DNA from: Chrysomallon squamiferum
Taxonomy: Eukaryota > Animalia > Mollusca
DNA length: 64,000 nucleotides
Reading direction: 5' to 3'
Assembly (NCBI GenBank): GCA_012295275.1
Contig: CM022670.1
Coordinates: forward strand, 36,890,001 to 36,954,000
A program made the position numbers and the translations under genes. How positions within the stretch are numbered: position 1 is the stretch's first letter; each line of letters starts with the position of its first letter. Positions 41,174 through 53,307 of the stretch are shown piece by piece. Below the pieces are notes generated by a model that was not told the DNA's origin, did no database searches, and saw nothing but the letters and a program-made list of their open reading frames with translations.

Positions 41174-41478
41174 GAAGTATAAAATTCCCACGGCAGTTTT
41201 CAGGTCACTGATTGTCCGCCATGGGGTAGCGGGTGCAGCGCGAGCAGGCTCGAGCAAGTTGCTCGCGCAGCAAGGTGGTCACGTGAACATTCTCACGCGG
41301 TAGATATGGACTACCTACCAGCCTCAGATCTTTCCGAGCCATTGAGCACAATATCCGCTTGCACTAATCTGTATTTGAACTTGCCGTCTCGGTCTTTTCA
41401 AAAGTTCTAAACGTCCAAAACGGAGCTCCCAGGGAGGGAGAAATTAGTCCCGACGAAAGGAAATCTGATAAATATCAA
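41174..41478 (-). other. Predicted internal exon of an unannotated minus-strand transcript
   Basis: Long polypyrimidine tract + CTAG acceptor (41540-41479 on the minus strand). Donors TTC|GTAAGT (after 41174) and AGT|GTAAGT (after 41155). Confidence 0.55.
41205..41342 (-). CDS. Candidate 45-aa small ORF (micropeptide or peptide-encoding uORF): MARKDLRLVGSPYLPRENVHVTTLLREQLARACSRCTRYPMADNQ
   Basis: ATG 41342 to TGA 41205. A GC-rich island in AT-rich flanks, with complex (non-repetitive) peptide composition. It lies entirely within a predicted exon with a strong acceptor and GTAAGT donors. Confidence 0.55.
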   Translation of the reverse strand: MARKDLRLVGSPYLPRENVHVTTLLREQLARACSRCTRYPMADNQ

Positions 41479-42313
41479 CTAGATGAAAAAGAGAGTGAAA
41501 CAGAGAGAAAAAAAAAAAAAAAAAAAAAAAGAAAGAAGAAATTTATGAAGATATCAACGTCATATCGTAAGAGAGTTTAAAAGAAAATAATTATTTTTAA
41601 AATTAAAAAGAGAGAAAAAATAAATAAAGAAATAAAGAAACGTGTGTTCATGAATATTATAGCCCTGTTTTGTTACTGCAAGTGGTTTTGTCTGCCCAAC
41701 TGAATGATATGTAAAATGAGTCACCGGAGGATCGTTATAGAACAGGATATCGGAAAACTTTAATAAATACGTGCATGCATGCATGCATGGATGAATGGGT
41801 GGGTGGGTTCAGTGGTATAATTAGAAACGTATGTACGTCTGCTTTGTATAAATGCATGAAAATCTACCCCTAATGCGAATAAACCAGGAACTTAAGTATA
41901 CATTGTATGTCAATGCTTGAATAGATAATAAAATTTACGTTTATATATATATATATATATATATATTACTTCTTAATATCTTTTCCCTTCTTTTCTTTCT
42001 GTCTTTTTTCTTTCTAATTTTGATAAATGTATACAATTTCCCCTTTTATGTCCAAAATGAATAATGTGAGAGAATACTTTATAACTCGTACTGCACCAAA
42101 CGAACAAAACTGTTTTCTTTCTTTTTTGGCATTTGTGTATTTTCTTTTCTTAACATTTTTTCCCTCCCACTCGCTCTAGCTTTTATATTATACTGAATTA
42201 ATATTTTGTGTAACAATGCACTGCCTTACTTTTAAAAAAAAAAGTCTCGATAAACCAATAATTTGTCACTGATTGCATTAAAATAAATTATCTGTTATCG
42301 TTTGAAGTTCCAA

Positions 42314-42405
42314 AGGGGAAAATAGCTCAGTTTGGGGAAGTGCATGGCTAGATCCATCAGTCCTCAAGTTAGTAGTCGCTCCTAAGACTGACCTACTTGG
42401 TGGGT
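42314..42405 (+). mobile_element. Degenerate tRNA-derived SINE head
   Basis: GGGGAAAATAGCTCAGTTTGGGGAAGTGC A-box-like start; no intact cloverleaf or B-box. Confidence 0.3.
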
Positions 42406-43043
42406 TTATGTTACAAAATAATTTAATTTCGATTTAATCAGAACACGAAGTTCAGTCTCTGCAGCGAGGTCCTCGCCTTTAAATGATAAGAATAACAGAC
42501 GAGTAACACGATAATATCATTAACATCTAAGAAAAATAAAAAAATATATATATATGTCTTTTACTCGAAACTTAATATCTATATAGGCCTACTGTTGTTG
42601 CATCTTGGGAAAACTTGAGTACGTGATCGCCGCTAGAAGGCGGAATAAACGGCGACATGCAATCAGAAATATTTAAAAGAACATGGAACCGGTTAACGAC
42701 TCTTTTCAACACCGCGAAATCACGTGGTCGAGAGGGAGGCTGAATGAAGGGAACGATTTATAATTGAAATGTTTCAAAGCAATATTTATGTTGATAACGA
42801 CGCCTTGGTTGTATTTCTGTAAATAGTTACGAAGTCGGGACAAATATTTAGACAAGCAGTTGAATATATTAAAGTGCCTCGTTGATATGGTTGCGAATTT
42901 TCACGATAATCAATTTTATATCTTGCTGAGACATCGCAAGATGGCGCAGAAAGACATATGCCAGAGGAGGTTTAAAAAGTGAAAATACTAGATCGTTTTA
43001 TAAAAATGCACGTTTACAAAAATTGCTATGTTATTGGTACATC

Positions 43044-43044
<1 letters not shown>

Positions 43045-43115
<71 letters not shown>

Positions 43116-43175
43116 TACACATACACACATATACACGCACACGCACACACACACATACATACATGTATACATACA
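43045..43175. repeat. (CT)n followed by CA-rich microsatellite
   Basis: Directly visible. Confidence 0.95.
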
Positions 43176-43329
43176 GCAGTAAACCGAGAACAGAAAAGAA
43201 CGATCGAACGGCCAGTATTTTAAATTTTGGACTATCATCAGAAACACAATCGTTACATAATTTAACTACGACTTAGAACGCTTACTATAAATTACACTGG
43301 GAAACAGTCTCCTCGTAGTGACAGTGTTT

Positions 43330-43515
43330 AACACATGCCACAGTGTTTGCTTTCTTGTCTACCGCAAGGTGGATATTAAAAATCTCATGATGCTAATCCA
43401 CGAGTAATCCACTAGGTGGCAGTAATGGGTTTCCTCTCTCAACTAACAATTTTATGTCTTAATAAATAATGACTACAAATTAAAGCGTGTTTAAATGTAC
43501 CTGTAGTTAAAAATA
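43330..43515 (+). mobile_element. Degenerate 3' part of a molluscan Nin/Deu-domain-like SINE
   Basis: ATATTAAAAATCTCATGATGCTAATC...GTGGCAGTAATGGGTTTCCTCTCTC resembles the recalled gastropod SINE core (ATAAAAGATCCCTTGCTGCTAATC...GTGGCGGCAGCGGGTTTCCTCTCTC). Recognised from memory, not searched. Confidence 0.5.
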
Positions 43516-44333
43516 AAAATAATAATAATAATAATAAAAAAATTAAATAAATAATAATAAATTAAAACAAAAACAACAAAAAAAACCCTTATGTCTTCAT
43601 TGTTTTGGCTAACTAGAGTACTCATTTGTTCTTACGAGACAAGAGAAACATCGTCCAAATAATTAATGTCTTCACGAAGCCAATAACCATCCATCAAGTC
43701 GGATGTTCTACAAGCTACCGAAAATAAAAAATCATAAACCTGTCTTACCTATTAACTGACCTGATCCAGCATCACTTTGGTTTAAAACTCAAGAAATATG
43801 ACACTTGTACATAATATGTGTCTCAGTTACAGGACTGGTCCAGAGTGAGGGCCAAGGTAACAACAACATCACCGGGTGGAAAAAAAAGAAGGGGATGACG
43901 GGTCTGATCGGGGTGCGGGGATATGTTTAGTTAATGCAGTGTGTATCTGTACAAACCCTACGAAAGATTCGAATTTGTCCAGGAGCATGTATCGTTTACA
44001 GAGTACAATGTGGGCTTTGTGAGCGAACAGACTATTAAAGTAAACCGAGTCAACTTATTTCTGGGGATGCAGCCACTTTTGAGTTCTCACGACCACAGAG
44101 CGTGAAATCTTAATGACATACAAAGCGTTAGGGTGTTCATTTTAAAGTCGTGAATTTTGTCTTAGAAGAATGACTAACCCTCGAGTTAATTTATTTTAAA
44201 TTTTCTTGAACCCGGCGTTCTTTTGTCCATAAGAAAAGTGCACGTAAATACTTGTTTGACGACATAAACGTTTTTAAATATTGTTGTTAACGATTTTCAG
44301 GAATTAAACGTATAATAATAATAATAATAATAA

Positions 44334-44414
<81 letters not shown>

Positions 44415-45369
44415 TTACATTACATTACATTATTATTACTTATAATTTTATTTTGGCATACTGATACAAGAAAGGGATCGTGCTGTTGACACTTCTTGAT
44501 GTTCTTGTATCGATTAGACCCAAATCTTGCAATACATATCTTATAAGCATCTTTCAAAACAGGAAAGAATACACCTTGGCCTTTGTTAACAGATCTTGGT
44601 GGAATGGCCGTAAATAAGAACGAAAAAAAGTATTGATCCTAAAGTTAAACAAAACGCAAAACGAACTTGAAAACTAAACTAATTAAGTAATTACAGTCAG
44701 GCGTCGATCTGTAACATCATGGGAATGAGAAGACAATTTGAATTGTTTAAATAATGGCATGTACGGTAATACGTCCCATGGAGACACATTTTAGAGAGTC
44801 ACGTGTACCACTGTTTACTGTCTAATTTTTGCCCACTGTAAATCTTAAAACAAAAGTCCTTTGTATTAATTTGAAATAAAAATCAGAATCTAAAATTTAA
44901 TTTAATTTATATAAATAATAACAAAACAAAAAAATTAAATTGATTTATTATATTTTCATTTTATTCCTTTTTTTTTGTTGTTGTTTAATGGTAAAATAAG
45001 CATTCTAAATATGTAACAATCTGGCTTTTGATTTTGCAAGGAAAACGTAATTTAAAAATGATCTATTAATCATACATTCCACGCTACGAATTCCTGTTAA
45101 TAAAACAGAAATGAAATGCCATATCTTGTGATACTATTCATTATATACGCATATAATCCGGACCAATTGTCCACCTAAAATGATTATTAAACTTCGGATC
45201 GAACTCGCAATTACTATGTCCGTTGTAACACCAGCAAGTAATCTCAGACCAGAAAGTTTCAGTTTGGAGATCTCATGAAATTCATATCCATAACCAATAA
45301 AGACGATCTCAGTCACTCCGGCTTATCAAAAGATATGCTTGTTTGCTTTCGCTCATCTAAAAACCACTG

Positions 45370-45710
45370 TCGACCGAATGAATCGCATCAGCCGTAACGT
45401 TGATGAAGACGAGTAGAAATTTGCTTCGGTGGTGTGACACTTTCATTTCTGCTGGTGCACCGTACGGCGCCAAACAGATCTGCTGACGTCACCAAAATGG
45501 CTGATGCTAATATCCTACCGCGTTCTCGTTTGTCAAGAATTCCTGTTACTCATTAATAACTTCGTTACGTCTGAGACGATGCAAATGAAAATGTTCGAAG
45601 AACTGGATGTCCTTCATCTCTACTTTTTTTTAAATTTTTAATTCTTTCTTTGCTTTTCTTTTTCGTCCGGCACGGGGGAAGGAAATACAATACCAGTTCA
45701 GATCGCGTCC
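45370..45710. promoter_or_regulatory. CpG-rich promoter/enhancer-like island
   Basis: Full CRE TGACGTCA at 45484-45491, adjacent YY1-like CAAAATGGCT, palindrome CCGTACGG and high CpG density. Confidence 0.4.
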
Positions 45711-46411
45711 CTTTCTACTAAATTTCCATTCTTAATACATGTTTTTATTTAAAAGAAATTAGTATGGGATGTTAGCATTGTTGTGGCGTGAACGTTTTCT
45801 TAAATAGAAAGCAGATTTAAATAACAAAAAACAAACAAACAAACAAAATAAATAAATAAAACCAAAACAAAAATCCTCCCCAAACCCCCCAAACATAACA
45901 TGTAATATACAGTTCCAATCAAAAACACACCAGCAACAAGCTAACGAGCAAATAAATAACAATAAGTCTAAGAGGAATAAAAATAGAGAAAGAAAGAAAA
46001 TGAAATTAACACAAATATAAATTAAGAAAAGGAAAACTGAAAAAAGAAGAAGAAGACGAAGAAGAAGAAGATGAATAAAAATTGAATTAGTAAGGTTGTA
46101 TATTAAAACATGAAAGGAAAAACGAATCGAACCGTATCGTATTGGCGAAGAGTGATGTGTGATCAAATATCAACGTCAAAGCAACTGATTTCTATACGTA
46201 TGTTGAGACGTCGATTAATCAGCATAATTGGTTTCCTTCTTCTTCTTCTTTTTTTCTTCTTTTCTCCTTTCTTCTTCTTCTTCTTCTTCTTTTCTTCTTT
46301 TTTTAAAAAAAAGGCATATATAAGACGGGATTGTAAAACAACAATAACTATATATCAATGATCTGTTGATATTTTACCTCGTCGCCTTTATTCCATCTAT
46401 AACATCATTTC

Positions 46412-46478
<67 letters not shown>

Positions 46479-46654
46479 GTAATAGTAATTATAGTAATAG
46501 TAATAACTAACTAACTAAATAAATAAAAGACAATGCTAAACAAAATTAGTTTTATAATAATGATAACGACAACAGATTAACAGAGTAAACAATTTGTTAA
46601 TAATTATGGCATCGCCAACTTTTTAAAATATTTTGAATATATAAATTCCTGCAG

Positions 46655-46709
<55 letters not shown>

Positions 46710-47110
46710 TTATAAATGACATAATTAAATTCTAAAATCTGATTAATTAGCAAAATGACAACTCTGATTTATTTGATTTGCCAGAATTTATAAAATACTA
46801 GTTATTTTATTATTTAATAATAATAATCATATTTTTGTCACCTGTATTATTTCTCAGTATGCAAACATTTCTTGTTATCATGTAATACTCTTTAAGCAAC
46901 AATAGTGTATTTCGAAGGTTTTTCACTCTAACCTGATATCCATACTTTAGACCATCCAGCATAATTTAGCTACAGGACGAAGGGAAATAATCCTGATTAT
47001 TAAAACTTCGTTTCTAGATTGCCTCCCTTATACTAATATAATGCATTTTTAAAAACGAACATCCGTCGTATCATAACAGTGGTTCAGCCCACATGTGTGT
47101 GTATGGGTGG

Positions 47111-47172
<62 letters not shown>

Positions 47173-47341
47173 TAATATAATATAATATAATAAATAAACC
47201 TATCTTGACATTCATTTATTTCTTAATAACAGTATTTATTTATTTATTTATTTATTTAACTTCTAGCGTTCATCCAGACTTTCTTAAGCTATCTTAAAGA
47301 CAGTTACAATATACTCGGATTAATCGATCTCCTGATTCAGA

Positions 47342-47399
<58 letters not shown>

Positions 47400-47400
47400 G
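46412..47400. repeat. Cluster of (AAT)n, (CA)n and (ATT)n microsatellites between the two promoter-like islands
   Basis: Tracts at ~46412-46480, 46657-46708, 47113-47190 and 47343-47399. Confidence 0.9.
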
Positions 47401-47579
47401 CTATTGCTAACCGTGGAATTGTTTTATTTTAATTTATTTAATTTTAATCTGCTATTTTATTCCACTAATGAAATAGAAATGTTTTATTCATACTCATAAT
47501 TTATTTATTTTTCATTTACAAATATTAACAGTATCCCTCTTTTTCTTTCACTTTCTTTTCCTACATTCAATTCTATTGG

Positions 47580-47838
47580 CTTTAGTTGCGGGAAATTAAA
47601 GGCGGTGTGAGACCTGTTAATTATCAATAGACTGGTACAAAACAGGAAATTTAGCATTTCAGTGGTAAATAGCATTTTTGATTTGTCTTATTTCATGTTT
47701 TGCACTTAATTTTAATGAAAGAGGCAACGATGAATTATGATCGGATAATTCCACTGAGATAGTTACTATTATGATTCAAAGCTGTTTTTGTATCAGTCTT
47801 CTGAAGAGGTAACCACTGTAGGTTCATCGTCGGTAAGT
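47580..47838 (+). promoter_or_regulatory. Candidate KLHL8 promoter and non-coding first exon
   Basis: E2F-like GCGGGAAA (47588), ETS-like CAGGAAAT (47643) and donor TCG|GTAAGT at 47832/47833. CpG depletion starts immediately downstream. Confidence 0.5.
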
Positions 47839-50800
47839 TCAATAACCCATATTTATAATTTTATTTATATTATAAAATAATACATGCAAAATTAGAACCA
47901 CAAGCTTCCAAACCTTCAAGTTTGTCTTGCAGCTGTTATTTAATTATTTTATATTAATGTTTCCATCCTCCTCAATGGTCACAAAATATGTTAAATTATC
48001 TGTTACTGAAGTCTTTAGAAAACTGGGAATCTGACACAGTCCAGAGAAAATCACACATATAAAGGTATGCAGTCAGTGAAAGGGACAAGTTTTTCACTAA
48101 AAATAAAACTTATTCTTTGGTAATAATTATGTACAATCTTTTATTTTACTTAAAGTAATTTTACTTTGATTCAAATAATTGTTTTAATATTAAGTAGCAG
48201 ACCTTTGCCACTATATTATTACCTGACTTTCAGCTAATTTAGTAATTATATTTTATATAATACAAATGGCAATTCCTTATTTCACATAATTATGTTAATT
48301 CATATGGTAATTCAGGTGGATCAAAGATAACTTTTAATTCAAATTGCTACTGTTGTAAAAAATCAGTATTTGTCCTGTATAAATAATCATTAGATTATAT
48401 AGAAATAAATAAATACAAAACAAGGAAGATAAAATGTCACTATGACTTACAACTTACACTGTTATAACTTAATTAACAGTTGATCGAATTCAGTTCAGGT
48501 TTACTTAATTTCAGATATTCTGTTACAGTCAGAATCTTCACATTTTATTAAACATAGAAACACATTTAAAAAAAAATTTAATACAGGGAAATATAACAGC
48601 TTTAGAATGTCTTGGACATTATAGCATAAAATATTTTTAAAAATTGTGAATCAACCATACCAGTCAGAAGAATATTGGACAATATAATTTTTACAGTATA
48701 ATTGTTTTCCAATTTGCATAAATTTGATAATTAAACCTGGAAATATTTCTTGTTTTTTCTTTCTTTTTTTTTTCTTTTTTTTTGTTAGTCCTAATACTAA
48801 TAAAAGTTAAAAATTACATTATTGTCTTGAGTAACACAACTTTAACATTAAAGATGGAAAGACCAGGGTATAGAATTGTTAATGTGAAAAAAAAAAAAAT
48901 GGAGGTAATTTCTCTGACTTTATAATAGTTATTTTGATTGAACTGAAGTTCTGTGCTCTAAGTTGTAAACTCTTTTATGTCCTGAAAAGATTGTATCTGA
49001 AAACAGATACTATTTCATGTTTATGATAGGAGTTTTATTTAAAACAAAGGTTAAAAAAAAAACATATAAAAAAGTACAAAACTTTACTCATTAAAACCAA
49101 TTCTGGTTTATTTACCTATCCTAAACTTTCTAGATATTAACTACTTTTCACTCAGAATGAAACTTGTGATATTTAAATAAAAAATATTCATTCATATTAA
49201 TAATAATATTAATGCTGTGCATACCTAAAGCATATTAATAAATCTTTCTTTCAAATAAATTTTTTTTCTTTTTCTTTTTTTATAAAATAAGAGAAATTTG
49301 GGGTTTCTTTTACACTGATTTATTAGTTGCTGTTACCTTTAGATTACATACACACACACACACACACACACATATATCATATGCATAGTGTACAGGTAAG
49401 TATCTTGAAAAAAGCAAACTTCTGGAATGTTAATCAAGAGTTGAACTCATACACGTGTATGATTTATCTACACACTAAATGTTCTTTCAGTTAGTGAGCC
49501 ATTGGCACAGGAATATATAACCTGTTTACTTTGGGCAGCTGGGTGCCATGTGCTATATTGGTCTGCTTGGCTTTTCACACATTGGATCTAGCCTAGATTT
49601 CTCACATATTTTGGCTTGTGCAATTCTTATCTTGAAAGCTGAGGCGTTTTATCCCAAGCAGGTAGCAGCAGTTGTGAAACTGACCTTGAACAAATCAACA
49701 GGTAGTGCTTAATGTTAAGTTCACTCTTGTGAAACACTGCTGCTGTGAATTGAACCTCACCTCACCAGATAGCGAACTTGCAGTGTTAAAATGAAGGTGT
49801 CTGGCACCTTGTGAACATCTGGTCTTCTTGTCTTCGGCTTCTAGATGAATGATGTGTCAAACTCCCGCTGCATTCCAGTGCACAGAGATGTAAGGTGAAC
49901 TACACAGTGGCTTTAGTAGAAAGAGCATGTCTTTCTTTTTTGTATTTATTGATTTTGTCAGTTAAAATGCAGCTATAAAATATTTTGACTTCATTATAGT
50001 TTTCCTAAATTAACATTATTTTAATTTAATGTTTTTCCAAATAATCCTTAATTTAATTAAAAAATTATAATTTTAATTGAAAGTTAATTCTAAAGAAAAT
50101 AATCCAGTAAATAATAAAATTTATTAATATTATTAAATCAATAATGTATGGATAATATTTTTACTTATGCTTGAAATTAAAAAAATAATAATAATAATTA
50201 AAATGGAAATGAATAAATTTGCAATGAGAAAGCTTTGGGTTTTTTTGTGAATGCAGATTTTAATTCACATTTTATAATACAGAGAATTATTTTAAAAAAA
50301 AAAAAAGAAGAAAAGTAATAATACTGAACTGTTGATTTTTTTTACCTTTCATTACCCACTTTTATACATCTCTGTGTTATAATTTTTCCACACATTAATA
50401 TTACAGTGGTTCACCATTTATATTGAAATATTTCTTGTTTACTGCATTTTTATGAAATACATATATATATATTCATTAAACATCAAAACAAAACAAATTT
50501 TTGAATAAAAAGACAATCAGGTGAGTATAAGGATGGAAAAATGTGAAAATGACTAAATAAATATAATTGTCAAGTGTTTCATAATTCTTTTCACTCAAGT
50601 CCAGCATTTATATTAATTTAGTTTATTTTGTCTGTAAGTATATAAATATATTGTTTTAATTTAAAAAATATATATTAATAATAATAACAAATTTTTTTTT
50701 TTATAAAACTGAAGGATAGATTACTTTAAATACTGAAAAAGTTGCAGAAATTTTTTTGAAAAAAATGTAAATACTGATATGGGAATCTATTATAATTAAA

Positions 50801-50863
50801 AGTTTTCATTTTCTAGGTGCCATTTTTTCTACTGATACAAAACTGAAGTCTAAACATCCTGTC

Positions 50864-50902
50864 ATGGCATTGAAAATATCAGAATCCAAGCAGAGGACGT
50901 GA
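50864..50902 (+). other. uORF in KLHL8 5' UTR (MALKISESKQRT*)
   Basis: gtcATGG strong Kozak context, in the same exon (acceptor 50816). Out of frame with the main ATG and stops 10 nt before it. Confidence 0.6.
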
Positions 50903-50912
50903 CAGCGTTATT

Positions 50913-51978
50913 ATGCCTTTCGTGCCTCCTCCACCACAGCGGAATGACAGCTTGCCCAGCCACACGAGGACAGCTCCTCCTATTCCTCCAGCACCAGTTA
51001 AAAGAAACTCACAGCACAAACTGCGTCCAGCTTCAGAAATCTATTACTCTGTGTCACGGGCGTCTTCTGCGTCACTGAGAAAAATGGCTTACGAAAAGTC
51101 TCTGGAAAGACCAGGCACAAGTGACTTAGCCAGTGCCATGTCTTGTCCCACGTTGACCCATGAAGTTAAGACTCTGTTCAGAGACGGCTTTAAGACTCTT
51201 TTGGAATTCTACGAAAACGGACATCTTTGTGATGTGGAACTCAAAGTCGGGAGCAAATCGTTCAAGTGTCACAGAACGGTTCTTGCCTGCGTGAGTTTGT
51301 ACTTTCGTGCCATGTTCACCAGTGAAATGGCAGAGAGCAAGAAGGATGAGATCACCATTTATGACATTGATGAAAATGCTATGGAGAAACTCATCAGGTT
51401 CGCTTACACATCAAAAATCACTTTGTCCACGGAGAATGTTCAGTCCATATTGTACGCCTCATCCATTCTTCAGATAGAAGCAGTAGCTCAAGCCTGCTGT
51501 GACTTCATGAAGACTCATCTTCATCCATCCAACTGCATAGACGTGAGGAACTTCGCTGAACAACACAATCGTGTTGAACTCATGAAAATGGTGGATGACT
51601 ACATCCTCGATCATTTTCTGGAGATTGTGGAAAATGGGGAGTTCAAAAATATGTCTCTGAGCCTTTTGGAAAAGCTTGTTTCATCCTCAGATCTGCATGT
51701 TGAAAATGAGGAACAGGTATACGAAGCTGTAATGAAGTGGGTAAACCACGATGCTGAAGATCGCAAGGACAAGTTGCCTGGTCTGATATCTCACGTCAAG
51801 CTGGCACTGATGCAGCCAACATTTCTGATGGAGAAAGTGGAGTCTGAAGAGCTGATAAAGAAGAATCACGACTGCAGAGATTACTTGGATGAGGCAAAAT
51901 ATTACCAGATGTCTCTTGTTAGCCTTGTCCCAGAGGTCAAGGTCACTCCACGGACATGTCCAAGAAAAGCATATGCAG
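50913..51978 (+). CDS. KLHL8: KLHL8 coding exon 1 (Pro-rich N-terminus, BTB, BACK)
   Basis: ORF track 50913..52040. Acceptor ttctag|G at 50816/50817; donor GCAG|GTAAGT after 51978 (phase 1). Confidence 0.95.
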
Positions 51979-53274
51979 GTAAGTTATTAAAATTGGGGGG
52001 GGGGATTAAAAATTTCGTTACTTTCATTCTGAAACATTAAGCTACATTACCAGAATTATTGTAATTCTTGATTTATGCAACTTTAATTTTTTTTTTTTTT
52101 CAATTCTTTCCATTTTTAAAAATTCTTTTTTACATTAAATAGGATTTACCTTCATATCTTCACAGGTGTGTTATTTTGTGTTGGTGGACGTGGAGCATCA
52201 GGTGACCCATTCAAGAGTACAGAATGTTACGATGTCCGCAGAAACAAATGGTTTGATGTTGCACAGATGCACACACGACGCAGGCATGTTGGCGTCTGCT
52301 CAGTTAAAGGTAATTAATCCAATATCATAACAAACACTTGAATAATCTTTTCTTTTGTTTTACTGTAAATAAATGGTACAGTAAACGTCAGTAATTTATA
52401 GATTATATAATTAAAAATTCTGAATCAGATTTTGTAATGAAATTTGTTTGCATTCTATTTTTACATTTTGTAAAATATGATTTAACTGGATTTCTAATTT
52501 ATACATTTATTTTTTTAACTCTATATCTTATGTTGTTTGTACTTCAGGGTTGTTGTATGCAGTTGGTGGACATGATGGCATAGAACACCTAAATAGTGGA
52601 GAGGTGTTTGATCCCAAAATTAACAAGTGGAAGGAAATACAACCAATGGCAACTTTCAGGTTGTGATTATTTGCAAATAAATGAAGTGAAATAAAATAGA
52701 CATATTTAAACTGTTGATGCAAATATTTTAGTTATTTGCATTCCACTTTTATGTCTTGGATTTTTTATCTTTCACAATCATGAAATAAATGGTTCGGTAA
52801 GAATTATAGAAATTTTAAATGTAAATTTAAAGACCTACCTTATATTTATTTAATATAAATGTGATGTATGTTATGAAATTTGATTTATCTCAATTATTTT
52901 AAGTAAAAACTTCTTCGATATTTATTATTTAATAAATACCAATGTTGGATATGAAATATTTGTTATTGTAATATTTTTTTTAAATAATTGTTTTGTTGTT
53001 ACATTATTTATTCATTTCTATTTGTTCTAATATGAGAGTTAATATTTTATTCACAGACGTGGAATAGCACTGGCCAGTCTTGGAGGTCCTATCTATGCTG
53101 TTGGTGGTCTCGATGACTCTACATGTTTCAGTACTGTGGAGCGCTATGATGTAGTCACAGACAGTTGGTCCTATGTTGCTAACATGAACACTCCTAGAGG
53201 AGGTGTTGGTATAGCCTCCCTTAAGGTATTTTGTGTTTTCTTTAGTAAATATTTTTTTATTATTATTATTATTT

Positions 53275-53307
<33 letters not shown>

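Noticed and set aside
42314-42405. Possible tRNA gene
   Set aside because: Only an A-box-like motif; no T-loop GTTCRA or acceptor stem. Treated as a SINE remnant.
51979-52040. C-terminal tail of the 375-aa ORF (KLLKLGGGIKNFVTFILKH)
   Set aside because: Read-through into intron 1 past the AG|GTAAGT donor; homology continues in exon 2.
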